Assembly (NCBI RefSeq): GCF_004010195.1
Contig: NC_057737.1
Span: 11,532,290-11,596,289, forward strand
DNA: 64,000 nucleotides
Direction of reading: 5' to 3'
Source: Chiloscyllium plagiosum
Taxonomy: Eukaryota
The notes under the pieces are model-generated. The model saw nothing but the letters and a program-made list of their open reading frames with translations. It was not told the DNA's origin and made no database searches. Both the position numbers and the translations under genes were made by a program. Below, piece by piece: positions 1 to 13,049 of the stretch (positions are counted from its first letter, which is position 1; each line of letters begins with the position of its first letter).

Positions 1-278
1 ATCAAAGATTATAATTTAATCTAGCCCACTATATCCTAATGATTATTAATTATGCAAATTAGTCATAATATCATCAAGCAATCCATGGTGCTATTTCATG
101 TGCATTGTCATTTGTTTATGATGTGCATTTCTTCCATGACGTAACCTGTGAAATATGCAGCACAACGAGAAGGTTCAACCAGTGTCAAAATAATCTTTTT
201 TCATGTAAAATAAATCTCTAATTATAAAAGTGGAATGTTTATTCATATTCATACATAATGTTAATTTTGAAAGTTAAT

Positions 279-299
279 TGTGTGTGTGTGTGTGTGTGT
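279..299. repeat. (TG)n microsatellite
   Basis: Direct TG run in the sequence. Confidence 0.9.
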
Positions 300-1409
300 T
301 TATGTATGTGTATTTGTGTATGGAGTTGGGGGTTTATGCAACGCTGTATGTTCAACTAGAGAATCCGACATCAGCCCATGATTGAACGTGTGTGGGTCAT
401 TCCCTGGGAATGGTCACGTCTTCAACCCAAAAGATAGTACACAACATCAAGCTCAATCGTATTATAAACAACTGTACATGTAGCATAGTGTATTAAATTT
501 TGCCTCTGCCAAATAAAATTATATAGCTACAACCAGTAAGGTCTCAGTGTTAAATAGTTGAACACACAACCCAAAAAGGAAAACAGTATGTAATGTAATT
601 TCTGGTGATCTTGCTCAGTTTTATTTTTTTTTGCTCTGGCAGTTCTATTATTATTCATGCTGGTGTTCACACAGAGTAATTTTCGAACAGCAGTTCCTGG
701 AGAGAAATATCCTTTACAACGGGGAGTATTTCCTCTGTGATGTACTCAGACACAGCAATTGTAACATGGAAAATAGAGAGTCAGAGTCATGCACAGTTAA
801 GGAGCCGGTGAGGTATGAAATTTACCTTGTTGGCTTAACATTGTAGATTATAACTTTGAAAACTTGAGAACTTCTTAATATCACTTCTTTTAGAGTGGTA
901 CATTTGCATTTAAAACTGTGTTTTAATGATTTTTTTTTCACTCCCATGAATACAGCAGACACACTTTTGAGAAGTTCTCAAAGTGTATCTACTGACTCAT
1001 GAGAAACCCTGACTGGTGAGCAATCAAAATGGAAAATATCATTTAAGAGGATACTGAACAGTTGAGAGTTTTTTTTTAGAAATGGGCAGAGGAAGTCCAA
1101 GTTGCTGCAAAGACGGCATCTGTGACCGTCAAAGTGCAGCTGCTTTAGAGATGCTGCTAAAGTCCATTCCTGATCCTTGGAAGGAGACAAAAGAGTGTGC
1201 ATATGAGGCCACAGTGATAGAGACTGACAGGGTAATATGACCAGCACTGTGGAAAGCTACAGTCTCCTGTGGCTTCTCAGTCATCCGTAGTTAGTTCTAT
1301 CTTCATCCCAAAAAGTCTTCCAAAAGATAAGCAAATTAACTCTGAAACTGTACTCTCTCTCTTTTAGCTTTGCTAACTGTTAGGGAGAAAATTATGCATC
1401 TTACTTTGA

Positions 1410-1650
1410 CTGACACTTCAGCGAAATGCTATGGGAAAGCTACATTGTCAGATGTGCTACACTGATGCCCAATCTTCCTGTTTATTGGCTTTAACAGAAT
1501 CCCATGGCACTTTTCAAAGACCAGAGGAGTTACAACAAGCATTTATCTCTCACCAATACCACTCAATCAGTTTAATCTCTTATCATTGACTGGGGATGCT
1601 CCTGAATACAAATTGCCTGCAAAAAGACCATGACAGCAATTCAGACTTCA
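1410..1650 (+). mobile_element. Decayed SINE with Deu-domain-like core
   Basis: Contains CCCATGGCACTTTTCAAAGA, similar to copies at ~7.7 kb and ~31.9 kb. Family assignment is from recall. Confidence 0.4.
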
Positions 1651-2329
1651 CAAAATCAGTGTTATGGTGTAGAAGAAGGTCACTTGGCCTGCCTTATCTG
1701 CACCAAACAAATGACATGTCCTAGTGAAAGGAAAGATATCAATGCAGACCCTTTAACTGACTGAGAGAAGTGACACTGCTTCCTCTGAATCAAACAAGAA
1801 TAACAGGCAGTCATTAATTTAAAAAACAATAAAAATAGAGGTGGCAACAGTATCTCCTGGGTGAAGAAAAACACTTGCTGGATAACAGTGATTACCCCAA
1901 GGTCCAGTCTCCCTGTGTCTCACCTGATACTCCCCTGAAAAACCAACATCACCAAAAACGACCTGTGTCAAATCTTGATATGAACAAAAATAGCTGTATT
2001 TGTATACGTAACAAGAAGTTTTTCTGGGAGTCGTCAGAGTTGTCACAAACTGAAATATTTTTCAGGTTGGATAGTAATACATTAGTTGTCATGTTCAAAA
2101 CAAGTTTTTTTAATGATGAAAACACATTAATTTCTGATTCTGGAGTTCTGAAACCCCAGCCACTAGTCAAACTAAAACTGGAATTTACAAGATAACAGAA
2201 GTAGTGGAATTAACTATTGCGGCGAAGACTTGTTGAGAACTTACTGAATTTAACTTAAATTGCTAGCTGGCCCTAAAGGTTTCCAATAAACATTTGTGTG
2301 CCTGTACAATAAATCATCCTGTCTGAACA

Positions 2330-2730
2330 TATTTAATTGGCACCTCCTCTGCCTCCTTAAACATTCATTCCCATCAACATCCAATAGCAGCATGTACCAT
2401 CTTCAAGATGCACTGCAACAACTCACCACGCTTCCTTCAACAGCACCTTCAAACCTGCAGCCTTTATCACTGGAAGGTCAAGGGCAGCAGACACAAGGGA
2501 ACACCAACATCCCCAGGTTCCCTTCCAGGCCATTCGCAATCCTGACTTGGAACGATATTGCCATTCCTTTACTGTCACTGGGTCAAAGTCCTGAAGCTTT
2601 CTCCCCGAAACAGCATGGCGAGTGTCCCTTGTGATTGGGAAGGCAGCTCAACACCACCTTTCAAGGGCAGTTATGGTTGGGGAATAAATGCTAGATTGGC
2701 CAAAAATGCCCACATTCCATGATAGAATAA
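2330..2730 (+). mobile_element. LINE 3' end fragment (CR1/L2 clade)
   Basis: Shares CCTGACTTGGA...GGGTCAAA.TCCTG...GGCAGCTCA.CACCACCTT.TCAAGGGCA with inverted copies at ~28.7 kb and ~49.8 kb. Confidence 0.55.
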
Positions 2731-5139
2731 AAATAACTCATTATAGATTGGAATATGTTGTCCAGCCATTAGTGTTAACATGCAGTGTTTTGGTTTGCTC
2801 CTTTCCACATCACATAATATTCCTTATGCTGTGTATAACCCTACATCTACCTGCCACAACGGAGTATGAAGCAGAAAATCTATTCATATTCCTTCTGTCA
2901 GAAGGCTCCTGACCTGAAATACTAAATCTGTTTCTCTTTCCATAGATATTGCCTGATCTATTGAGTATTTCCAACATTTTTCTATTCAGGTTTCCACCAT
3001 CTGAAGTATTTTACCATTTGTAATAAATGAGCATTTTAACTTTATTAGCAATTACAATGTGTTTAAATTTTCATGAAAGGCTCCAGTCAAAAATAGATGT
3101 AACCTTTAACAAGAACGTGCTATATATTCCAAATTAGCACAGCAAGCCTGTATAATTTTAATAGTAATGTGCATTTTTGAGATTGTCCTTTGAATTTCAT
3201 GGAGGGTTTGGCAGAAACCCAAGAGAAATAGCTGTAAATAGCCATTGGTAGTAATCCTGGCAGGTGGAAATTAACAGACAGGGGTCCTGTCCCTGTGAAG
3301 CAGTAAAACCCATGGATTAAGTATTCTTCCATTTAAACATACTGTCAGGAGGAGGACAATGTAAAGCTGGTAGAGTTACTGATACTTGTATTGCAAATGA
3401 TGTTCGTGTTTCAGTTAACAGTGAAGACTGGTGGACTGCTAAAGTTGTAGCAGTCCACCAATGTATTTGATGTCTAGATCCCCAGGCATTCTTTATCTGA
3501 TTCTGTTTCCCAAGGGCTCTTGAGCAAATTAACTAGAGCAGGAGTCCACTGTCTTAAAACCTACCCTCGCACCTCCAGGAGTAGATTACAAAACCTAAGC
3601 TGAATGAAAGTTTTCTTGGCTTGATGGGGAAAATTAGGGAAAGTGACCAGAGTTTCGTTAATGCCATGTAATTTATTAAACAATTGGTCAAGGAACAGGG
3701 AGAAGTAGAGGACTTCAGACAGGAATTTCCAAGCAGCAGAGCCTTGATTCTGAGCCAGGAATTGTAGATACTGGAAATGGCAATGCTATCTGCATGCTGG
3801 TTCCCTGATCCCATCCCGCACACATGCCATATTCCCAGAGGCACAGCTGGGGAATAGCAGAGCTAAGCACCTACACGTAGTCCATTAACCTAATGAATAG
3901 ACACTTAAAGCCAGTTAACGGAGGCTGACTGGGATTTTCCAGTTGGGCTCCAGGTTCCAACGACAGCAGGGGCCAGTTCAGCTGCTGTCTGAGGTAACCT
4001 TCCAATGACAGACTAGGATTGGGAATGGGGGGAGTTGTGAATGGAGGGGTGTGGTAGAGGAGTTGGGTGTGTGGTGGTAGGAGTGCAGATGGGGTCAGGG
4101 TGGTGATAATGGTGGTTTGGCAATGTGCAGGTAAGGGTTATAGTGATGCAGTACCAAGTCTATAAGCCTTCCTCATCTGCAAAGTGTTTGATTGTGCCCC
4201 TCTGCTGCAAAAGGCCATCGATAAATTAGATCCAAAGGATGCCTTGATTTTAAAGAAGCCTCTTGCTCATTTGCCTCTACCTGTTAACTCGGAATCACAA
4301 AAGTGTTAACATACAGCCCATCATGACTGCACCAGCTCATTAAATCAGCATTATTACCCAGTGCCAATTTTCTGTTGTTTCCCCACACACTTGGACATTA
4401 TGTTTTGACCAAATAATCATGCAATACCCTCTGTTTCTCTTTCCAATGATGCTGCCTGATGTACTGAATATTTCCACCATTTTCTGTTTTGTGTCTGATT
4501 CCTAGCCATGTTTTCCATCTGTAACAGGTTTATTATCTTTGATTGGACATAGTCCTGGAGGTTGTATCAAATGTTCCCAATGGCATAGCCCAGTCAAATA
4601 ACTTTAATTTTCCCACATCTGTATAGTCCTGAAAGTTGATATTTTAAGATGTGTCCATGGGTTATGGGCTAGGCCAGCGTTTAGTGCCCATCCCCCATTG
4701 CCCGGAGGACAATTAAGAGTTAGCTACATTGCTTTAGCTCTGGAGTCACATGTAGGCCAGACCAAATGAGGGGGCTGATTTCCTTCACTAACCAGATGGC
4801 ATTTTTTAAAATCAAAATTGATAGTTACGTGTTACCATTAAACTAGATTTTTAATCCAGATTTTTATTGAATACAAATTTCACCATCTCTCATGCTGGGA
4901 TTTGAAGCCATGTCTAATTCCTGGCTCCATCACATTACTGTGAACATTCACAGCTGTGTCTACCAGACCCCCGCCTCCTTAAAAATATAAATGCAATTTT
5001 AATATCAATGTTTCACCCACCACCCAAAAAATAAGATGCCCATAGCCGGGGCTTAATTCCATCCGTAATTCCTAGAGAGCAACAACTTGTTTAAATGGCA
5101 CCGTTAACTTTGTCAAGAGCCCACAGGTGTTTAAGGGTC

Positions 5140-5580
5140 ATAGAATCAAGGTGAATATACAGCATGGAAACAGACTCTTCAGTCCAATTTACCTATGCTG
5201 ACCAGAAATCCTAAATTAATCTGGTCCCATTTTCCAGTACTTGGCCCATATCCCTCCAAACCCTTCCTATTCATATACCCATCCAGATGCCTTTTAAATG
5301 TGATAATTGTACCAGTCTCCACAACTTCCTCTGGCAGTTCATTCCATACACGTACCACCTTCTGCGTGAAAAAGTTGCATCTCAGGCCCCTTTTGTATCT
5401 TTCCCCTCTCACTCTAAACCTATGCCCTCTAGTTCTAGACTCACCCATCCCAGAGAAAAGACCTTGTCTATTTATTCTATCCATGACCTCTCATGATTCT
5501 ATAAACCTCTATAAGGTCACCCCCTCAGCCTCCAACACTCCAGGGAAAATAGCCCCAGCCTATTCAGCCTCTCTCTATAG
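5140..5580 (-). mobile_element. CR1-like LINE 3' fragment
   Basis: Minus-strand translation ESRTRGHRFRVRG...NFFTQKVVRVWNELP...FKRHLD is the typical CR1 ORF2 C-terminus. Confidence 0.9.
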
Positions 5581-5791
5581 CGGTTTTCAGCTGTGATTAT
5601 CAAAATAAACTCAAGCTGATCCTCGATACATGTTAAAACACAAGTTCAGAGTCCCTCAGACTGGCTGGAGTCACACGTGTTCACTTTGAAAAGAGTTTAT
5701 AGGCTATTTAACAAAATTGAGCGTTTATTAATCCCGGAGAAATAAACAGAAATTGCTAGAGGAACTCAGTATGTCTGGTAGCATCTTGGGA

Positions 5792-5969
5792 TCCATGATT
5801 TGGAGATGCCGGTGTGGACAAAGTTAAAAAACAAAAATCACACAATACCAGATTGTAGTCCAACAGGTTTATTTGGAAATACAAGCTTTCGAAGCGCTGC
5901 TACTTCATCAGCTACAGCTTCCAAATAAACCTGCTGGACTATAACCTGGTGTTGTGCGATTTTTAACAC
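5792..5969. mobile_element. Short fold-back Penelope-like element (family A) with hammerhead motif on - strand (5880-5914)
   Basis: Inverted arms GTTAAAAA..TCACACAATACCAG..GTCCAACAGGTTTATTTGGAA / TTCCAAATAAACCTGCTGGACTATAACCTGGTGTTGTGCGATTTTTAAC. Minus-strand core CTGATGA-AGTAGCAGCGCTTC-GAAAGCTT. Flanked by CATCT(G)TGGGA at 5782-5791 and 5970-5980. Confidence 0.7.
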
Positions 5970-6019
5970 CATCTGTGGGAGGAGGAGCGGGTGAGCTTCA
6001 GATCCCTAACAGCCGCTGT

Positions 6020-6153
6020 TCATTGATCACACATCAGTCTGAGGTTGGTACATACTACATTACCCCGCCTTCCCTCAGCGAGCCAATCGCTTCCCAAACC
6101 GGGACGAGCTGATGTCAGGCGATTCTTCCTTCACCAATCCCACAGAGAGCACC
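6020..6153 (+). promoter_or_regulatory. TMEM97 proximal promoter / 5' UTR
   Basis: Local CpG enrichment, GC-box-like CCCCGCC (~6064), CCAAT boxes (~6083, ~6134), strong Kozak ACCATGG at 6151-6157. Confidence 0.55.
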
Positions 6154-6273
6154 ATGGCGTCTTACAGCCGTTTGCTCGAGTGGGTCTTTGCCTGCTATTT
6201 TTTCACACACATCCCCATCACTTTAGCCATCGACCTGCAGGCTCTGCTGCCCGGGGACTTGTACCTGCCCGCG
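6154..6273 (+). CDS. TMEM97: TMEM97 (sigma-2 receptor / MAC30) coding exon 1
   Basis: MASYSRLLEWVFACYFFTHIPITLAIDLQALLPGDLYLPA (EXPERA domain HIPIT..IDLQ motif). Donor GTGAGT at 6274, phase 0. Confidence 0.95.
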
Positions 6274-6469
6274 GTGAGTGTTACCTTCCCCCCCGAGCTG
6301 GATGAACTGTCAATATGGATAGGATTCACGGCTCTCACTTAGACTGTGCGAGCCCGTGACTCCCTTTCTGATCCGGAATAAAAACCTCGTGAATTCGTGT
6401 GTTCCCCACACAATCCCTGAGCATCATTTACCCGAGTTCTGAGGTAGAGTCACAAGAGGACTCAACTGT

Positions 6470-7075
6470 GACAGAAACAGAAATTACTGACAAAGTCAGC
6501 AAGACTCTTCTGAAGAAGGGTCACTAGACTCATCGAGTCAGAGAATCATACAGCAGAGAAAAAGACCCTTCGGTCCAACTGATCCATGCCTACCAGATAT
6601 CCTAAATTAATCTAGTCCCATTTGTCAGCATTTGGCCCATATCCCTCTTAAACCCTTCCTATTCATATACCCATCCAGATGCCTTTTAAATGTTGTAATT
6701 ATTCCAGCCTCCACCAATTCCTCTGGCACTCATCCCATACATGTACAACCCTCTGCATGAAAAAGTTGCCCCTTAAGTCCCTTTTATATCTTGCCCCCCC
6801 CCCCCCCCCACCTCCTCACCCTAAACCTTGGCTATTCACCAAACTGAACGCGATATTCGAAAATACTCAAAAGGTTAACTTTGTTTTTCTCTCTCCATGG
6901 ATGCTGCCAGACTTGCTGAGTTTATCAAGCAATTTCTGTTTTTTGTTTCAGATTTCCAACATCTGCAGTTCTATGTTTTATTTTAGTGTTTAACTCGGTC
7001 TCTATCTCTGCAGATGCTGCTTGACATGTTGAGTTTCTGCAGCATTCTCTGTATTTATTTTAGATTTTGAACATT
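6470..7075. mobile_element. Penelope-like short element (family B) interrupted by a CR1 3' fragment (~6533-6850, - strand)
   Basis: CTGAAGAAGGGTCACTAGACTC at 6510 resumes as AAAAGGTTAACT..GATGCTGCCAGACTTGCTGAG after the CR1 piece. The CR1 piece closely resembles 5160-5410. Confidence 0.6.
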
Positions 7076-7579
7076 CCTTTTATTAACCTGGGGATGTTGC
7101 ATTGAAGAAAAGATGGGGCAGCAGTTCCAGTTGAATAAGTTTCCATTGAATAAATTTGAACTGGTTCCAGTTGGGCTGCCACCAATTGGATTTGCTTCTG
7201 TTGCTCCAGTTCCCATCACATTGGTTCCTATTGAACTTTCTGACCTTGTACAGGGATTCATTACCTTCAGTTGCCCCATTTCCTGTTGAGGCAGTTTTCA
7301 CTGGACCGGTTATCATTGCACAGTGAGCGTGTTCTGGATTTGATAGTGTCACTGAGCTCCAGCAATAAAACAGTGCATGTATCCACCATTCTTCGAGACA
7401 CTAATCTTGGACCTGGTTCACAGAAACTCAGGTTTATTCATTTTTTGAGGGACTTGTGTTTAGTTCACATCGCAGTTAATAACTATCCAGCAAACCCCAG
7501 TGGAGTGATTGTCTTATGACCTTGGGTAGTTTTTACACCATGCAGTCGGGCCCTAATATTCCAAACAACATTATTTTCC

Positions 7580-7965
7580 CCCCAGTCACACTTCAGTAAC
7601 TAAATGCAAACATCAACATTGATGCAGCACTAAGTGAGTGCCACACTGCCGGAGGTGCTGACCTTTGGATGAGGCATTTAACCACAGTTCCTCTTGGTTG
7701 GATGTGGAAGATCCTATGGCACTAATTGAAAAAGAGCGAGCGAATTACCCATGTGATGTGACCGTCAATATTTAACTCTCATTCAACAGCATAGGAATGG
7801 ACAGACTATTTGGTCATGCTTAAATCATTGTGGGAGCTTGCTGTACAAAAACTTGCTGTTTCATTACCTACATTATATCAGTGATAACACTTGGAGTAAT
7901 TTGTCAGCTTTAAAGTGCTTTTTGTGAAAGGTACTATATATAAATGAAGGTCATTCTTTCATTTA
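7580..7965 (+). mobile_element. Decayed Deu-domain-like SINE
   Basis: GAAGATCCTATGGCACTAATTGAAAAAGAGC and TTGTGGGAGCTTGCTGTACAAA blocks shared with 31790-32110. Confidence 0.45.
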
Positions 7966-7994
7966 AGCATTGAGTAATTGGTTTAAGGTGCCGT

Positions 7995-8309
7995 GGGCGG
8001 CACGGTGGCACAGTGGTTAGCACTGCTGCCTCACAGCGCCAGAGACTCGGGTTCAATTCCCGCCTCAGGCGACTGACTGTGTGGAGTTTGCACATTCTCC
8101 CCGTGTCTGCGTGTGTTTCCTCTGAGTGCTCCGGTTTCCTCCCACAGTCCAAAGATGTGTAGGTAAGGTGAATTGGCCATACTAAATTGCCTGTAGTGTT
8201 AGGTAAGGGGTAAATGTAGGGGTATGGGTGGGTTGCGCTTCGGTGGGGTGGTGTGGACTTGTTGGGCCGAAGGGCCTGTTTCCACACTGTAAGTAATCTA
8301 AAAAAAAAA
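7995..8309 (+). mobile_element. tRNA-derived V-SINE (HE1-like)
   Basis: A box TGGCACAGTGG, B box GGTTCAATTCC, V-domain GGAGTTTGCACATTCTCCCCGTGTCTGCG...CCGGTTTCCTCCCACAGTCCAAAGA, A-rich tail. Confidence 0.9.
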
Positions 8310-9302
8310 TAATTTGTGATGTTTTAGGGTAATTTTAGTTCAGTGACAAAAAGCTGTGAATGGACTGTTTAAAACTTCCATGTTGCTGTGATATCCAATG
8401 CAGCATTGAAGGCATAGCTTTAAAATGGACAGATGACTATTGGGAGGTACTACTGGGTTATTTCCACGCAACTGTGGGTACAAGGTAAGTACAGCTGGCA
8501 GCATTCACAACTTGAAACCTGATAGACAGCCTGAATTCAGCCAAGGGCAGTAGAGACCAAGGTCTCTTGTCGAACTAAGACTTCCTCAAATACCTGTTAA
8601 TGTACTGAATTAGTCTATTTCACCTGTGATTCCCAGTGTGGGCTTGAGTAACTTTACAGCAAATTGACAAGTGGCAATCCAGGACATTCTTTGGTGAGAA
8701 TGAAATTGACATTGAATACACACATTTATTTTAAATTTGGTTTGCCCTTCTCATGAACGTAAAAATGTTCCTTCAAACACTCATTGCTTGGTATATAAGA
8801 AAACCTCTCCACACTGTAACAAAGGCAACGCTACACTCTCACTGTGCTCGATATCTAAGGAAATTCCACTACATTCACTTGTTGCCTAGTATTTAAGGAA
8901 CCTTTCACACCAAACAATAGCTAACAAAATCCTTCATACCCTGACTGCTCAATAGGGAATGTCATCAATATCTGGTGATATTTGTGCAACTTAATCCATA
9001 CCAGTATTCAGCTCTGTGCAGTTTCTAAGGTCTTTTGATATTTTGATCTTATCTGTTGGACCAAAAGAGGCTGACCCCAGTGAAAATCTTCAGGCATAGT
9101 TGCATTAGTTTTATGCTTTTGCTGATAGCATTTTGAATGGTTAAACAGGGAAAGCATGCAGCAGTCGGTCTTGTCTAACAATGACAATTTCTGAACAATG
9201 GTTCTTAAATATCAAATGGTGACCCTGAAAGTGGAATGCATAAGAAAGGTTTTGATTACAGTTCCAAAGGAAACTATTTTTAAACTATATTTCTTTCCTC
9301 AG

Positions 9303-9447
9303 CTGCAAGATTTATTAAAATGGTACGCAGCTCGATTCAAAGATCCGATGATGTTGGACCCTCCAGCATGGTTTAAAGCATTTATTCTTTGTGAGGCATT
9401 GCTGCAGTTACCTTTTTTTCCTGTTGCAGCTTATGCTTTCTACAAAG
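9303..9447 (+). CDS. TMEM97: TMEM97 coding exon 2
   Basis: TTTCCTCAG acceptor. [48 protein letters not shown]+G. Donor GTCAGT; 145 nt. Confidence 0.95.
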
Positions 9448-10504
9448 GTCAGTATGATAATTACTCATGTTTGAAAGTTTTTTTTGTAATGCCCATCACA
9501 CAACTATATTAGCATTGTTCACTGCAATGTCATCAGGATTGTGCCATTATAATGTATTATATATTAAGTAGTGTGGATTTTTGTCTTACTGTGGCCTATT
9601 AATACTATATGAAAATTATGGAACAATAAACAGGATTTTCTTTCTCCAACAATTTCATGGGACACTTTGGTTGCAATAATTATATTATGATTATGTTCAG
9701 TTACATCACATTTGGTACACTTCCCAATCCTAGAGAGAAATTCTAAACTAATAGAAGTCATTAGCCAATAAAGCCATCAATCCTAAGCCCAGTTCCCTGT
9801 ATCTTTTAACATTTTTATTTTTCCTGCAAAATGTTGTGATTGACTTGTCTTTTTAATCACCTATGGTAACGAATTCTGCCTTTCAATTCACATGAAAATA
9901 AATCTTCAGACGTCTCCCTTTATTGCTCTAATATTGATTCTAAGAAGAAAACATAAATTTAGATTCACTGATACTGAAGTATTTTGCTACTTGCTGTCTC
10001 AAACTCTTTCATTATTTTGAATACTTCTCTTTGATACCGCTCTTCATGCCTGACACTTCATGAACAGGTCTCTGCCTTTCTCATCATAAATATCTATTCT
10101 AACTTTGGGAAAGATCCAAGTGATTGTTGCACCTTTTACCCTGGCCATAAAATCTTTTCATAAATGCAACTTCTAAAACTGCTCCAGTTCACTCATCAAA
10201 ACCAGATCTTGTATAGGTTCACCACCACCTCCTTGTTTTTGTATTCAGTGCCACCCTCTATATGAGAAGACTTTGCAGATGAAAATGACGTTGACCGGTT
10301 TGAGGTGCAGCACTGTCAGAACCAGGAATCTGACTCCATTGTGCTTTAAATCAGGAGTGAAATGGACAGCAGTTTATTGGATTACCAATTCTGCACCCTC
10401 CAGCATGGTCCAAATCGTTTATTCTTCATGAAAGAACATCCTTCATGTTTGATGGACAGTTTTTAAATTTCACCTTCATATATTAGGGCTGAATTTTGTC
10501 TTTA

Positions 10505-11712
10505 AAAATGGCTGTTTGCTACTTATCGAGTTTTTTGAAGAAGTAATAAAGAGGATTGATGAAGGCAGGGTGGTGGACATGATCTATATGGATTTCAGTA
10601 AGGCGTTCGACAAGGGAGACTGGTTAGCAAGGTTAGATCACATGGAATACAGGGAAAACTAGCCATTTGGATACAGATCTGGCTCAATAAGGGTGGAGGA
10701 TTATTTTTCAGACTGGAGGCCTGTGACCAGTGGAGTGCCACAAGGATCGGTGCATTTACATAAATAATTTGGATGTGAGCATAAGAGGTATAGTTAGTAA
10801 GTTTGCAGATGACATCAAAATTGGAGATGTTGTGGACAGCGAAGAAGGTTACCTCAGATTACAATGGGATCTTGATCAGATGGGCCAATGGGCTGAGAAG
10901 TGGCAGATGGAGTTTCATTTAGATAAATGCGAGGTGCTGCACTGTGGGAAAGCAAATTTTAGCAGGACATACACTTAATGGTAAGGTCCTGGGGAGTGTT
11001 GCTGAACAAAGAGACCTTGGAGTGCAGGTTCATAGCTCCTTGAAAGTGAAGTCACAGGTAGATAGGATAGTGAAGAATGCGTTTGGTATGCTTTCCTTTA
11101 TTGGTCAGAGTATTGAGTACAGGAGTTGGGAGATCATGTTGCGGCTGTACAGGGCATTGGTTAGGCCATTGTTGGAATATTGCGTGCAATTCTGGTCTCC
11201 TTCCTAGTGGAAGGATGTAGTAAAATTGAAAGGGTTCAGAAAAGATTTACAAGGATGTTGCCAGGGTTGGAGGATTTGAGCTATAAGGAGAAGTTGAATA
11301 GGCTGGGGCTGTTTTCCCTGGTGGGTCGGAGGCTGAGGGGTGACCTTATAGAGATTTACAAAATCATGAGGGGCATGGATAGGATAAAAGACAAAGTCTC
11401 TTCCCTGGTGTGGGGGAGTACAGAACTAAAGGGCTTAGGTTTAGGGTGAGAGGGGAAAGATATAAAAGAGACCCGAAGGACAACATTTTCATGCAGAGGG
11501 TGGTACGTGTATGAAATGAGCTAAGCAAGTGGTGGAGGCTAGTACGATTGCAACATTTAAAAGGCATCTGGATGGATATATGAATAGGAAGGGTTTAGAG
11601 GGATATGGGCCAGGTGCTGGCAGATGGGACTAGATTGGGTTGGGATAGCTGGTCAGCAAGGACAAGTTGGATCAAAGGGTCTGTTTCTGTGCTGTACAGC
11701 TCTATGACTCTA
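10505..11712 (+). mobile_element. CR1-like LINE ORF2 (RT) remnant with 3' end
   Basis: Fragments SKFADDIKIG, WAEKWQMEF, RPLLEYCVQFWSP, IERVQKRFTRMLPG, with frameshifts and stops. Confidence 0.92.
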
Positions 11713-12915
11713 AGATGAGAGTGAGAGTAGATCATTTGATACTTTGAGTCTGCTCTGCCATTCAGAAGATCACGGCTGATCTGAATGGCAGAGCATATCT
11801 GACTGCCACTGCACCTTCCCCTCCCCAATGTAACCCTTGATTTCATTATCTCCTTTACGTAACACAGTTTTTAGGTATAGGTCCATTGTTTTCCACTAGC
11901 AACAAGTCTTTATAAACATTAATGCACAAGTATATAGATGATTGGTCTAATTTCAACAGATTTTCACCTAACATTGCACATCTGTTAGGATCTTAACTTC
12001 TAATCTCTAATCAGACTGGTGCCATGTACATCCGGAGGAACTCCTATTGCTAATTTCCTGTAACCACACTACACTGATTACCTTGGTTCCCAATCTCAAA
12101 ACGGGATCTTTCGCTCCTCAAAGCTTTTCAAATTCAGGGATTTCTCCCAGATAGTCCACTTAGGTCTTCTGCAGCTTGGTCATTCAACTACTACTTCCCC
12201 ACTTCCTAGTTCTTGTCAGTGGCTATGGTCTGCACTGTTTATGGCGTTGGTTTCTTCAATAAGCTCAACGATACCTCATTTATTATAAGCAAAATGATTC
12301 TTAACTAGTTGCACTACTTATTGTTTAAATCAAAACTAAGCTACTACTCAGATTTAAACTATGTCTCTTTAATCCAAATGTATACAATCATATGACAGAT
12401 GAGACAGTACAAATCTGGAGAGTTTTTAAAAATATAAATGGGTGAAACACCCCGATGGATCAAGGATCTGAACTCAAAGGATAGAAGAAGTGAAGATTTC
12501 TCATGGTCCAGTCAAATTTCCAGTTGATCCAATTGTAATGCAGTGACAGCAGCAATGGAAAATCTTTAGATGAGAGTTGTTTCGATGAGTGTGAATTAGA
12601 AATAACAGATCAATTTTAATTAAGTTTAAAATGCAGATTTATGGAACTTTGTTGAATTGCCAGAAGATATTTTATTAAAAGAGATATTTATGAAGCTTGC
12701 CCAGCTGTATAGAGAGATGTTTCTTGTTGCTGCTAGCATCTTGGTGGTTTGTTCCTTTAGCTGGTGTGTTCTGAAAGCAGCAACTTTAGTTCAGATGTTG
12801 TTTCTAGGGACTCTTCCAAATGATCCTATCCAGTTAAAGCCATAAGACACATCTCTTTTGTTTCTCAAAAACTTTGACTGTCTGCTTTTCACAAAGCCAT
12901 TTAACTTATCAAACA

Positions 12916-13012
12916 AAAACAAATTTCTGGTGAATCTCAGCAATATTTGGCAGAATCTATGGGAAGAAAACAGAGTTAACATTTCGGGTCCAGTGACTCT
13001 TCATCAGAACTG
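12916..13012 (-). mobile_element. Single-arm Penelope-like short element (family B) with hammerhead motif (12974-13011)
   Basis: Minus strand AGTT-CTGATGA-AGAGTCACTGGACCC-GAAATGTT-AACT. Possible duplication ACTT(A/T)TCAAACA at 12904-12915 and 13013-13024. Confidence 0.65.
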
Positions 13013-13049
13013 ACTTTTCAAACAGTTTCATATTCCTGTTACTTGTGGT

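Noticed and set aside
631-4300. Short ORFs in the first 4 kb
   Set aside because: Many start at non-ATG codons; no recognisable domains or consistent splice chain.
7995-8070. tRNA genes (also at 15700 and ~60000-60072)
   Set aside because: A/B boxes run directly into SINE body and tail, so these are SINE heads.
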